A model generated the notes under the pieces. The model was not told where the DNA came from. It saw only the letters and a program-made list of their open reading frames with translations, and did no database searches. Below are positions 49,042-57,410 of a stretch of DNA of 58,095 bases, piece by piece (position 1 is the stretch's first letter; every line of letters starts with the position of its first letter). The DNA is from a virus (lineage: Duplodnaviria > Caudoviricetes). The stretch lies in IMG/VR virus record IMGVR_UViG_3300032213_001343, positions 1 through 58,095 of that record; one strand, 5' to 3'. The position numbers and the translations under genes were made by a program.

Positions 49042-50279
49042 TATGCAGTTTGATTTAATTTACTAAGTATATCATTTAACTTTGAATGTATCTTTCCAAA
49101 CTCAGGTTTATTTTTAGGTCCTATTGCCGTTGGTCCTGATGGTGTTAGGAATTGCATATCACCAATAGCTTGTATTAATTCACTTAGGATTTCAACTAAC
49201 TTCTGTCCCTTAACCATAGGTTCTAAATCTTTACTACCTAAGAAAACAGAACCATTTCCAGCAAATATTTGAAAATCTCTATTATTTGTAACAAAACTTA
49301 TGTTATCATTTACACTAACATTCATACCAAGTCTTGTATCAATTGAAAACTGTCCATCTGATATAAACCCAACATTACCTTTTGCATAGAACATCATTTC
49401 CGCATTTTTTGCAGATAATATAATTCTACCAGAGTTTATTAAAGCTTGGTCACCCTTTAGTTTTTCAGGATATGGTTTAAATGATTTTGGTTGTGTTTGA
49501 AAATCAGTAGCTCCTTTTTCATTTATAGTACCGGGAATAAAAGGTAATATATAATCACCTGAACTCAATACTATCGATGAACCATCTCTATTTATATCTT
49601 CATTTATACTACCGGATGTAGATGGGGTTATTTGTGTTAATGGTGATTCACTATTTCTGATTATTATATTTGGAGAAAATACTCTATTAGGATTATTGTA
49701 AGCTGAAAATCTGATACTCTGTCCGAATCTAGATTCTATTAGAGTATCTCCTTCATTAAGTGATAATCTATGTATGTTAGATGGAAAAAAATAACTACCA
49801 TACCCATCTGTAACTTTAGATGATTCATTTTCAGAATTACTTCTTGGCATGTTTGTTGCTTCTATTTTTGCATACTGGTCTGCTTTATTTTGCTGATTAA
49901 CTTCTTGAGCTGCTTGGGTTTTTTTAGCAAATTTTTGAGAAATAGTATTATAAGCACTACTTAAATTTTTATTACCAGATACATCCGTATCTATCCTTTT
50001 ATATGTTATGTTTGAACCATCATTATATATTGAAACTTTTTCGTTTCTTAATGGTAAATCTATAAAATTCTTTTCAAATGGGTATGCAACAGGTAGTTGT
50101 GTATCTAATAGAGTTGCGGTTTTATCGGTTGGTGATACCATTCTATATGTTATACCACCAATGTCTCCAGCATCTTTGTATTTAGGGTGTGTACTATCTA
50201 ATATTACACTATAAACTACACCCAATGTTGCATCTTTGTTTTCTGAGTTCGTCCCTATAAAATTAGTTTCTGTAGGCAT
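49041..50279 (-). CDS. Baseplate central spike (gp5/VgrG/gp138-like)
   Basis: OB-like N-terminus (LPLRNEKV), EGDTLIESRFGQSIRF, beta-repeat region (NSGRIILSAK) and C-terminal EPMVKG...TPSGPT. Confidence 0.75.
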   Translation of the reverse strand: MPTETNFIGTNSENKDATLGVVYSVILDSTHPKYKDAGDIGGITYRMVSPTDKTATLLDTQLPVAYPFEKNFIDLPLRNEKVSIYNDGSNITYKRIDTDVSGNKNLSSAYNTISQKFAKKTQAAQEVNQQNKADQYAKIEATNMPRSNSENESSKVTDGYGSYFFPSNIHRLSLNEGDTLIESRFGQSIRFSAYNNPNRVFSPNIIIRNSESPLTQITPSTSGSINEDINRDGSSIVLSSGDYILPFIPGTINEKGATDFQTQPKSFKPYPEKLKGDQALINSGRIILSAKNAEMMFYAKGNVGFISDGQFSIDTRLGMNVSVNDNISFVTNNRDFQIFAGNGSVFLGSKDLEPMVKGQKLVEILSELIQAIGDMQFLTPSGPTAIGPKNKPEFGKIHSKLNDILSKLNQTA

Positions 50280-50280
50280 C

Positions 50281-50673
50281 TTATTTCATTTTCTTTTTTA
50301 AATCTTCCAATTCAAATTCTAAATCATCCACTCTCTCTACCTCCTGTTTAGTTTCTTCCAATTCTCTAAGTAATTGATTCTTTTCAAATTCAGTTAAGAA
50401 GCCATCCTGTCCTTCGGTTTTCTTTTCAGATGCTATAATTTTAGTTGCAATTGTTGCTAACTTAACCAATTGGTCATCGTTCTTTACTGAACTATCTATC
50501 AATGAAGATAATATTGGGCCTACACTTGCAACATCCCCAGCATGCTTAATCATCTTTTTAAGTTCTTCTATTAAAGCTGATATCTTTGCTTTTTTTGATA
50601 ATTGGTTATTATAGATATCTTCGAAAAGAGAGCTTAAATTCTTTCCTTTAAATAATTCGAATTCTGTTGACAT
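50281..50673 (-). CDS. Hypothetical helical protein
   Basis: 130-aa ORF; late motif at 50700-50707. Confidence 0.7.
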   Translation of the reverse strand: MSTEFELFKGKNLSSLFEDIYNNQLSKKAKISALIEELKKMIKHAGDVASVGPILSSLIDSSVKNDDQLVKLATIATKIIASEKKTEGQDGFLTEFEKNQLLRELEETKQEVERVDDLEFELEDLKKKMK

Positions 50674-50729
50674 ATTAATATATTTACATTTTGTATGTAT
50701 ATAAATATGGTTCTATTAAAATGTTGAAA

Positions 50730-51545
50730 TTAAACTGGGATTACTTCAATTGTAATCTTAGGTTGATATCCGTCAGGTAGTTGTCTATTGATACCTTTGA
50801 ATTCGTTTACTTTGTTCTTAAAGTATGTTATTTGTAATACCTTATCAGTTAGGTTCATTACAGTTTGAGATGATGTAGACATTTCTTCCGTATCTCTTTT
50901 CATATTGAGAGCCGGTCTATTTGGAAAGTATTCTTTTCTCATAGCTTGTGCTATTGCTTTCCAATCTTCTACTTTATCAACCGATTTCTCTGCTGATATT
51001 TTTCTCATTTTTGAACTTAGATATTTTTCACCATGCGTATATCCAGCATCGGTAAACATGTGTCCGTGATTTGTACGAACAACAGGTGATTCGGAGTTTT
51101 GAAGTTTAACATCAGGCTTATGCTTAGATGTAGTTTCAATACTAACCATGTGTTTTGGTGATGATACGAATGTATGGCCTTTTAAAGATAATCCACTCTT
51201 ACCTTTATATTGTAGTGCTGCTCGTACCGCATCCATTAGAGTAGGTTGCTTAATGATGTTTCTCATTTTATCACCATCAGGTCCTGGCTTTCCAGCTTTT
51301 TTTACAAGCTTTGCTTCAGCTTCATCGTGTCCAACTAATAGTGCTGCATTTACAACACCAATTCCGTTTTCATTTAAACCTTCACTCCAATCAGTTATTA
51401 AATCATGTAGATATGCAACTTCCACACCATCGATGATAGTATGTACAATTTCTAAAGAAGGATTATAAGCTCTATCTCTATTTTTAGCTAAGATAAACTT
51501 ATCTTTAATTTCTTTAGATACAATGATGCACTCTGAAAGTTTCAT
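50730..51545 (-). CDS. Ntn-hydrolase (peptidase C45/NRDE-like)
   Basis: Cys6 followed by LAKNRDR, SEGLNENGIGV and RTNHG. Confidence 0.8.
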   Translation of the reverse strand: MKLSECIIVSKEIKDKFILAKNRDRAYNPSLEIVHTIIDGVEVAYLHDLITDWSEGLNENGIGVVNAALLVGHDEAEAKLVKKAGKPGPDGDKMRNIIKQPTLMDAVRAALQYKGKSGLSLKGHTFVSSPKHMVSIETTSKHKPDVKLQNSESPVVRTNHGHMFTDAGYTHGEKYLSSKMRKISAEKSVDKVEDWKAIAQAMRKEYFPNRPALNMKRDTEEMSTSSQTVMNLTDKVLQITYFKNKVNEFKGINRQLPDGYQPKITIEVIPV

Positions 51546-51548
51546 TTA

Positions 51549-52319
51549 TTATTGGATGTATGCGTTCAATTCGTATGAATTTTTCATACCATAAACCTGA
51601 ATCTGAAGTTTCTTTCTTTGAACCTTACCATCTTTAGATAATTCAATACTAAATTTATTAGTCTTACCTTCCGATGGTTTTCTAGGACCCATTCCTATTT
51701 GTCTGAACGAATCATCATCATTTATTTCGTATCCTTTTTTCTCTGCGTATGATTTAGCTGCTTGGATAGCTGATGTATATGATTTATGATATACTTCGTA
51801 ATCCGATTTTGCTTCCGTTACCGATTCTTTTAATCCTGTTTTTGTAAAATCCGCACTAATAATACCTTTTCTTACATCAACATCTTTAACACCTGCTTTT
51901 TTCATTTCAGCTCCCACCTTATCTATAATATCTTGTGTTACTCCATAAAAACCAAGAAAATAATTACCCTCATATCTATATCCTCCTCTTTGAATATTAT
52001 GGAATCCTCTTACGGAAGTAGATGTAGTTTTCATTGGTACTATACCATGTTTTTTCAAAATAGCATTTACAACCTTTCTTACAGGTGGCATTGTAGCTTC
52101 GTTTACCGATTCTCTTACAAATTTTCCATCTTTATCGGCTACATAATAAGCAACCATATTATATGAGCCACCTCTTTCCTTTTCAAGTTTTTCTACTGCT
52201 TTCTTAGCATCTTTATATGATGAATACGAATCTTTAAAAACTCCCGTACCCTGTCCTCTACCTTTATTGTAGCCTACATGATACAATCCTTCTTTTAGTA
52301 AATCTTTTAGCTTTATCAT
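51549..52319 (-). CDS. Modular putative internal head protein
   Basis: MIKLKDLLKE start; three modules split by RESVNEA and KESVTEA. Confidence 0.7.
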   Translation of the reverse strand: MIKLKDLLKEGLYHVGYNKGRGQGTGVFKDSYSSYKDAKKAVEKLEKERGGSYNMVAYYVADKDGKFVRESVNEATMPPVRKVVNAILKKHGIVPMKTTSTSVRGFHNIQRGGYRYEGNYFLGFYGVTQDIIDKVGAEMKKAGVKDVDVRKGIISADFTKTGLKESVTEAKSDYEVYHKSYTSAIQAAKSYAEKKGYEINDDDSFRQIGMGPRKPSEGKTNKFSIELSKDGKVQRKKLQIQVYGMKNSYELNAYIQ

Positions 52320-52320
52320 A

Positions 52321-52635
52321 TTAAAATGCTTTACTTAATTCTTTGGCCGCATCATCTCCGTATTTTGATTTGAATTTATCTGTCAAATCTTTTAGGATAC
52401 TACTTCTATATTTAGAAACTTCGGATGGCATTGAACCTTCGATATCATGTATTGTTTCAATTGCTTGTAATAATTTAAGAGCCTTTGTATTATTTAAAAA
52501 TGTTGCCAATTCAATTACAGCGCCAGTATGGTCGTTTCTATCAGTCAATTTAGCTATCTTCTCTATAATTTGCGTAGTATCTCTTACTTCGTTTACTTTA
52601 GGTTTTCCGGTTACGATACCCATTAATTTTATCAT
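52321..52635 (-). CDS. Small putative internal head protein
   Basis: MIKL start, KVNE motif and LTDRNDHT. Confidence 0.65.
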   Translation of the reverse strand: MIKLMGIVTGKPKVNEVRDTTQIIEKIAKLTDRNDHTGAVIELATFLNNTKALKLLQAIETIHDIEGSMPSEVSKYRSSILKDLTDKFKSKYGDDAAKELSKAF

Positions 52636-52636
52636 C

Positions 52637-53287
52637 TTATTTCTTTACTTTAATTTTCCAATATGTACCAAATCCAACATAAGGTGAGAATGAACCATTA
52701 GTTCCATCAACAGTTCTATTGTTTACACCAATGTTTAAGTTATAGATTTTATCCTTTTTAGTTTTAAGAATAAAACCAGCTCCAACCGCAGAAACATAAT
52801 CTTCTTTGTTAAATCCAGCATTCAAACCATAATACAATTGAGTTTTTGCAGGCTCTTTAACAATCATAGTTTCTTTAATAGTTCTTTGTTTAACACTTGC
52901 ATTGAAAGTTCTACCTAAGATTTTGTTTTGTGAAATAGTATCTAATACTGATACCGTTCCTAATGAATCAGGTAAAATTAATGTATCTTTGTATAATACT
53001 TTTGAGTAATAATCTTTTAATAATGCAGCCGTATCAATTACCGCTGGAATTAGTACTTCTTTTTCTACGATTGTTTCATGGTAGATATCTTCACCTTTCT
53101 TAGTTACTACTTTAGTCTTTACAATATCAACCGTATCGATTTCGTGCTTAATTACTTCATATTTTTTACCCTCAATACGAATAGTTCTTCCACCTGGCAT
53201 TACTCCACCTGGATTAAACCATTGTAAAAGGATGTAAATAACCAATGCTGCTATGGCAATGTTTTTGAAATTAACAAATTTTTTCAT
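52637..53287 (-). CDS. Membrane-anchored protein with C-terminal amphipathic beta strands (candidate spanin-like envelope protein)
   Basis: N-terminal TM IAIAALVIYILL, DT/DS-rich extended region, and C-terminal YVGFGTYWKI. Confidence 0.6.
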   Translation of the reverse strand: MKKFVNFKNIAIAALVIYILLQWFNPGGVMPGGRTIRIEGKKYEVIKHEIDTVDIVKTKVVTKKGEDIYHETIVEKEVLIPAVIDTAALLKDYYSKVLYKDTLILPDSLGTVSVLDTISQNKILGRTFNASVKQRTIKETMIVKEPAKTQLYYGLNAGFNKEDYVSAVGAGFILKTKKDKIYNLNIGVNNRTVDGTNGSFSPYVGFGTYWKIKVKK

Positions 53288-53323
53288 AATATATTATTTT
53301 ATGTGTATAAATATTCAGTTATT

Positions 53324-54850
53324 CTAAAATATCATTTTTGACCCGATTTGGAAATTATGTAGTAAATTAAAGTTAGGTTCGAAGGTCATCGCGCCTCTAT
53401 ATGATGTAGATAATGCAAATCTTTTACTTATTTTATAATCATATCCCAATCCTACAATTGCACCTGGCGTTCTTGTTACTGAACTATTTCCAGTCATTGT
53501 ATTCCAAGCTATTGGTGATTGCATTAGGAATAATTGAGGGGTTAAAGTAACCTTTCTACTATACTGAAATGGTTTCATCCAAAATGCTACTGCGGATGCA
53601 CTTAGTGATACATCATAACCACCCTCACCCATTCTAGGCATCATTAGGGTAATCACACCCACATTATAACCAAATGTTCCGTACTTAGGATGTGGTTTGA
53701 TGTAGGTATATCCATTAAGGTTCATTAGAGTTCCTTTAAGATATGCAAATGTAGTTCCGTATGAATGTATTGCATTTAATTTACCTTCATCAAAATCCAT
53801 CTTAGTAACCCCAGCACTTAATGCAAATTGATTTAGGGTACTCCAAATAAGTGCGGTAGCTGAATATGATTTATCACCCATAAGAGATGATTTAGAAACA
53901 CCAACACTCATCATTACTGCATATCTACCATCCATATCTTCCGTACCAGCCAAATCGGATGCTAACATCATTGGGTTTGCTACGGATTTCTTTTTTTCCT
54001 CTTTTTTCTTATCTTCCTTCTTCTCCTCTTTCTTTTCTTCTTTAGATTCTTCCTTCTTTTCCTCTTTTTTCTCCTCTGACTTTGATTCCTCTTTCTTTTC
54101 TTCTTTGCTTTCCGATTTTGTTTCTTCTTTCTTTTCTTCAGTCTTGCTTTCCGATTTACTCTCCGATTTTGATTCAGATTTCGTTTCAGTTTTAGTCTCC
54201 GTTTTGGTTTCAGTCTTTGTTTCCGTAGATGAAGATGAACCACTACCAGAACTACTTCCAGAACCTCCAGAACTACTGCTTCCTGATGAGGAAGCCGGTG
54301 GTGGAGTAGAACTACTACTTGATGTTGGTGGAGGGGCTGATGCCGTTGGTGGTGGTGTTGATGGTGGAGGTGGAATTGCTGCACTTGCTGCTCCACTTGC
54401 TGCTGCACTTGCTGATGATGATGCCGATGAACTAGCTGATTTTGCTGCTGCATCTGCTGCTGCTTTTGCTGCTGCATCGGCGGCGGCTTTTGCTGCTGCA
54501 TCAGCTGCAGCTTGTGCTGCGGCAGCTGCTGCTTGTGCGGCCGCTTGTGCTACTGCGTTTGTTACCGTTTGTTGAACAACCTGATTAGTTGGACATCCCA
54601 TAGTTGAGTATGCCGTATATGTTGCAGTTATCCAAAGTTGAACTGCACCAGCCATTACTTCTTGTGGTGAAAATACTCTGACCTGATTATAAAAAGATAC
54701 CGTTGCAAACCCATTTGTCATTGTGGTAGTTGCAACCTTAATCTCACCAGTACATTTATCCTTATAAGTTTGGGTATATGTTTGTCCTATCGCTTCCGTA
54801 GCGAATAAAGACATAACAATTATCGTTAAACCAAATATCCATTTTTTCAT
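53324..54850 (-). CDS. Secreted protein: signal peptide, low-complexity stalk, C-terminal outer-membrane beta-barrel-like domain
   Basis: MKKWIFGLTIIVMSLFATEAIG|Q; Ala, Pro/Ser and Glu/Lys tracts; alternating strands ending FQIGSKMIF. Confidence 0.7.
   Translation of the reverse strand: MKKWIFGLTIIVMSLFATEAIGQTYTQTYKDKCTGEIKVATTTMTNGFATVSFYNQVRVFSPQEVMAGAVQLWITATYTAYSTMGCPTNQVVQQTVTNAVAQAAAQAAAAAAQAAADAAAKAAADAAAKAAADAAAKSASSSASSSASAAASGAASAAIPPPPSTPPPTASAPPPTSSSSSTPPPASSSGSSSSGGSGSSSGSGSSSSTETKTETKTETKTETKSESKSESKSESKTEEKKEETKSESKEEKKEESKSEEKKEEKKEESKEEKKEEKKEDKKKEEKKKSVANPMMLASDLAGTEDMDGRYAVMMSVGVSKSSLMGDKSYSATALIWSTLNQFALSAGVTKMDFDEGKLNAIHSYGTTFAYLKGTLMNLNGYTYIKPHPKYGTFGYNVGVITLMMPRMGEGGYDVSLSASAVAFWMKPFQYSRKVTLTPQLFLMQSPIAWNTMTGNSSVTRTPGAIVGLGYDYKISKRFALSTSYRGAMTFEPNFNLLHNFQIGSKMIF
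53988..54560. repeat. Low-complexity coding tandem repeats (AAADAAAK, TETK, SESK, KKEE)
   Basis: Visible 12- and 24-bp imperfect periodicities inside 53324..54850. Confidence 0.85.
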
Positions 54851-54851
54851 T

Positions 54852-55700
54852 TTAGAAATTCATACCCAATCCAAAAGTACTGCTTCTGATTATTGGGTCA
54901 TAATCATACTTTATTGTTAGATTCTTAAAATCATGTAACGCTCCAACTTTAACAGTTGTAAATCTATCTCTATATTTTGGGAAAGTAATATATCCAATAT
55001 CATCCTTACCTCTCCATTTCACATCTTCTGTCACACTACCAATCATCATGTGGATACCTGTTCTTTTAATTCTCTTACCAATACCAACATAAAAGTTACT
55101 TTGCTTTACCAAATCACTTACCATTGGAAAATCGACTTGTGTTATATTACCATACTGAAAGAATGTTGAATTATCTCTTTCAAATGTTGTATTATATTCA
55201 GCTATAAAATATGCTTTATTTCCTATTGTAAAGAATCCACCAATTTGATTACCTCCCGTTGTTTGAATACCTAAACTAATAATTGGTTTCTTACCTTTGA
55301 TGGTATCTGATTTTCCGTTATCATAAACATATACTCTTGCAGGCTGTCTATATCCCCAATCGTTTAAGTAAAAGCCAGTGTTCCAAAAGTTCCAACCAAA
55401 TGCAGGAGCTCCCCACATATCCCATCTATTCCATCCCCATCCAAAATTATTCATTAACCATGGGTCTCTTACAATTATGTTTGAACCCGGTCTTGTTCTT
55501 ATAGGTCTATCATATCCTATTGATGGTGGTTGATTTCTCCAATTACTTACATCGTTTCTTTGTGGAGCGGATGGTTGTACTCTAGGAGTTTCTACTCTTT
55601 GTTGAGGTTGTGATTGTTGAGGAGGGGTTGTTCTCCAATTACTAACTTGTGAGAAAGCTAGTGTTGGTAATAATGCAAATAAGAATAATATATTTTTCAT
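54852..55700 (-). CDS. Secreted outer-membrane beta-barrel-like protein with Pro/Gln- and Trp/Gly-rich N-terminus
   Basis: MKNILFLFALLPTLAFS|Q; ends STFGLGMNF. Start set at 55700, downstream of the late motif at 55715. Confidence 0.72.
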   Translation of the reverse strand: MKNILFLFALLPTLAFSQVSNWRTTPPQQSQPQQRVETPRVQPSAPQRNDVSNWRNQPPSIGYDRPIRTRPGSNIIVRDPWLMNNFGWGWNRWDMWGAPAFGWNFWNTGFYLNDWGYRQPARVYVYDNGKSDTIKGKKPIISLGIQTTGGNQIGGFFTIGNKAYFIAEYNTTFERDNSTFFQYGNITQVDFPMVSDLVKQSNFYVGIGKRIKRTGIHMMIGSVTEDVKWRGKDDIGYITFPKYRDRFTTVKVGALHDFKNLTIKYDYDPIIRSSTFGLGMNF

Positions 55701-55704
55701 AGTG

Positions 55705-56448
55705 CTATCTTTGGTATAAATATAACTTACCGTCATAATCTACCAAAATTGCACTCATATTCTCAATCCAATCCCCACTATTGAGATATCTTTCTCCGTT
55801 AATCATTATATCCGCAGGTTGGTGGATATGTCCGCAAATCACTCCATTACACCCTTTTTTATGAGCCATTGATAGGGCTGTTGTTTCGAAATCGTTTATA
55901 TAATTGGTTGCTACTTTAACACTTGCTTTAATCTTTTGTGATATAGATATGTAAGGTAACTTTCTCCATTTACGATATCCATTATAAACTCTATTTAACC
56001 AAAGTGCAAAATCATATCCAATTGCACCTATCTTTGATAACCATTTGTATTTAGTTATAAAAACATCCACAACATCTCCGTGGAAAATGTAATAGCTCTC
56101 ATTCCTAAATAAATCATCCTCCACCCAAGTCTTTGTATTAAGTACATAATCTTCTTTAATTTCAATGTGTCCAAAATTCGTCCCAATGAACTCTTGTATA
56201 AATTCGTCATGGTTTCCTCTTATCCAAATTATTTGTGTTTTGTTAGATAACTTTAATATTTTAGAAATAACTTTAGTGTGTTTTTTCTTCCACTTAGCTC
56301 CTCTATTTAAAGCCCATCCATCGATTATATCTCCGTTAAGAATAAGGAGGTCAGTTGGGTGTTCATCTAAGAATTCTATAAACTCATCAGCCTTACTATC
56401 TTTAATTCCTAAGTGTAAGTCAGATACTATTATTGCTTGATATTTCAT
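55705..56448 (-). CDS. lpxH: UDP-2,3-diacylglucosamine diphosphatase-like metallophosphoesterase (LpxH family)
   Basis: SDLHLG, LNGDIIDGW, GNHD, HGD, CGHIH and NSGDW. Start at 56448 (ATGA overlap with GT2 stop). Confidence 0.85.
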   Translation of the reverse strand: MKYQAIIVSDLHLGIKDSKADEFIEFLDEHPTDLLILNGDIIDGWALNRGAKWKKKHTKVISKILKLSNKTQIIWIRGNHDEFIQEFIGTNFGHIEIKEDYVLNTKTWVEDDLFRNESYYIFHGDVVDVFITKYKWLSKIGAIGYDFALWLNRVYNGYRKWRKLPYISISQKIKASVKVATNYINDFETTALSMAHKKGCNGVICGHIHQPADIMINGERYLNSGDWIENMSAILVDYDGKLYLYQR

Positions 56449-57140
56449 ATCCAATAATTGTGATGTTTTTGGAAGAATGAATTGTTGTTTCGGTTTATGT
56501 AGCATTTTATACTTAATAAAAACATATAAAAGAATCCTTTGTTCTTAAATCTTCTTGCAGATGTCCATACACCTTTTGTATTATGTATCTTCATCGTATC
56601 TGCTCTTTGAGAAACCCAATAATCTTCTGCGAACAAATGAGTTTCATCATATCCGCCGGTTTTCCAATATGCTTCCGTTTTCCAAAATTGAAATCCACCA
56701 ATAGCAAATGGAGTTCCTAACCAATTACTTAATATTTGCTGAATATCAGATAATCTAAATATCCAATTAAATCCCCTTTCGGTTTGAAATGGTACAGTTA
56801 CTAAATCGGTATTGTATGATAAACATTCACCCAATACGAATTTATTTTGTAACATTATATCAGCATCTAAAAAAAGAATGTAAGGAGTGGTTACTAATTT
56901 ACTTCCTTCTAATCTTGCCTTAGCCGGAAACCCACCTTTTATTACTTCAATATTTAGTGAGTATTTGTATTCGTTTTGTGTTTTCCATAACCACCAAAGA
57001 GATTCCTCCTTATCGGAAGTATCTGCAATAATAACTTTAGTTCCACCACATCCCACTTGCTTTGCAATAAATCCAATACACTCATAGATGTTTTCCCTTT
57101 CGTTTTTACAAGGGATTACAATAGTTAGTAAATCTTTCAT
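56445..57140 (-). CDS. Glycosyltransferase family 2
   Basis: TIVIPCKNE, ILFLDAD (DxD), GGYDE..FAED and TSARRF. Confidence 0.9.
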   Translation of the reverse strand: MKDLLTIVIPCKNERENIYECIGFIAKQVGCGGTKVIIADTSDKEESLWWLWKTQNEYKYSLNIEVIKGGFPAKARLEGSKLVTTPYILFLDADIMLQNKFVLGECLSYNTDLVTVPFQTERGFNWIFRLSDIQQILSNWLGTPFAIGGFQFWKTEAYWKTGGYDETHLFAEDYWVSQRADTMKIHNTKGVWTSARRFKNKGFFYMFLLSIKCYINRNNNSFFQKHHNYWI

Positions 57141-57155
57141 AGGTATAAATAATAA

Positions 57156-57178
57156 ACCCCCACATTTTAAGTGAGGGT
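57156..57178 (-). terminator. Probable intrinsic terminator
   Basis: Minus strand ACCCTCAC-TTAAAAT-GTGGGGGT followed by TTATT, after the 57200 stop. Confidence 0.65.
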
Positions 57179-57199
57179 CATTGTATTAATATATTATTA

Positions 57200-57409
57200 T
57201 TAAATGCCACAAAGTGTTAAAAATTCTGCTGCATTATGTATAACATCTTCTGATTTAAATTTTCTTAACATAGCTTCTGCTATTTCTTTTCGATTGTTCA
57301 TATCATCTACCATACGAAGTATTTCAGCAACACCTACAACCATATCTCTATCGTTTTCATGTCCTGGCCCAACTTCTACTTCTTTGATTAAACTACTTAA
57401 TTTTATCAT
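57200..57409 (-). CDS. Small putative internal head protein
   Basis: MIKLSSLIKE start at ATG 57409, chosen over the overlapping track start. Confidence 0.65.
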   Translation of the reverse strand: MIKLSSLIKEVEVGPGHENDRDMVVGVAEILRMVDDMNNRKEIAEAMLRKFKSEDVIHNAAEFLTLCGI

Positions 57410-57410
57410 A

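Noticed and set aside
43030-50279. Bacterial contractile injection system (eCIS/T6SS) or eukaryotic giant virus origin
   Set aside because: Portal, terminase, prohead protease and primase in the same window show a tailed phage.
53988-54560. Tandem repeats as a CRISPR array
   Set aside because: They are short, degenerate, in-frame coding repeats with no constant repeat-spacer pattern, and no cas genes are present.
53980-54575. Gln/His/Arg-rich alternate-frame ORF (53980..54501) and antisense ORF (54105..54575) as overprinted genes
   Set aside because: They are by-products of the low-complexity repeats in 53324..54850, which lack stops in several frames.
46053-56505. Track start codons at 47093, 55736 and 56505 (also 1685, 16218, 57427)
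   Set aside because: They overlap upstream genes or promoter motifs. Downstream ATGs give coupled starts, intact signal peptides or the shared N-terminal tag.
6061-57151. Plus-strand TATAAATA as canonical T4 late promoters driving plus-strand genes
   Set aside because: No plus-strand genes follow them; their position tracks minus-strand starts. Antisense transcription cannot be excluded without data.
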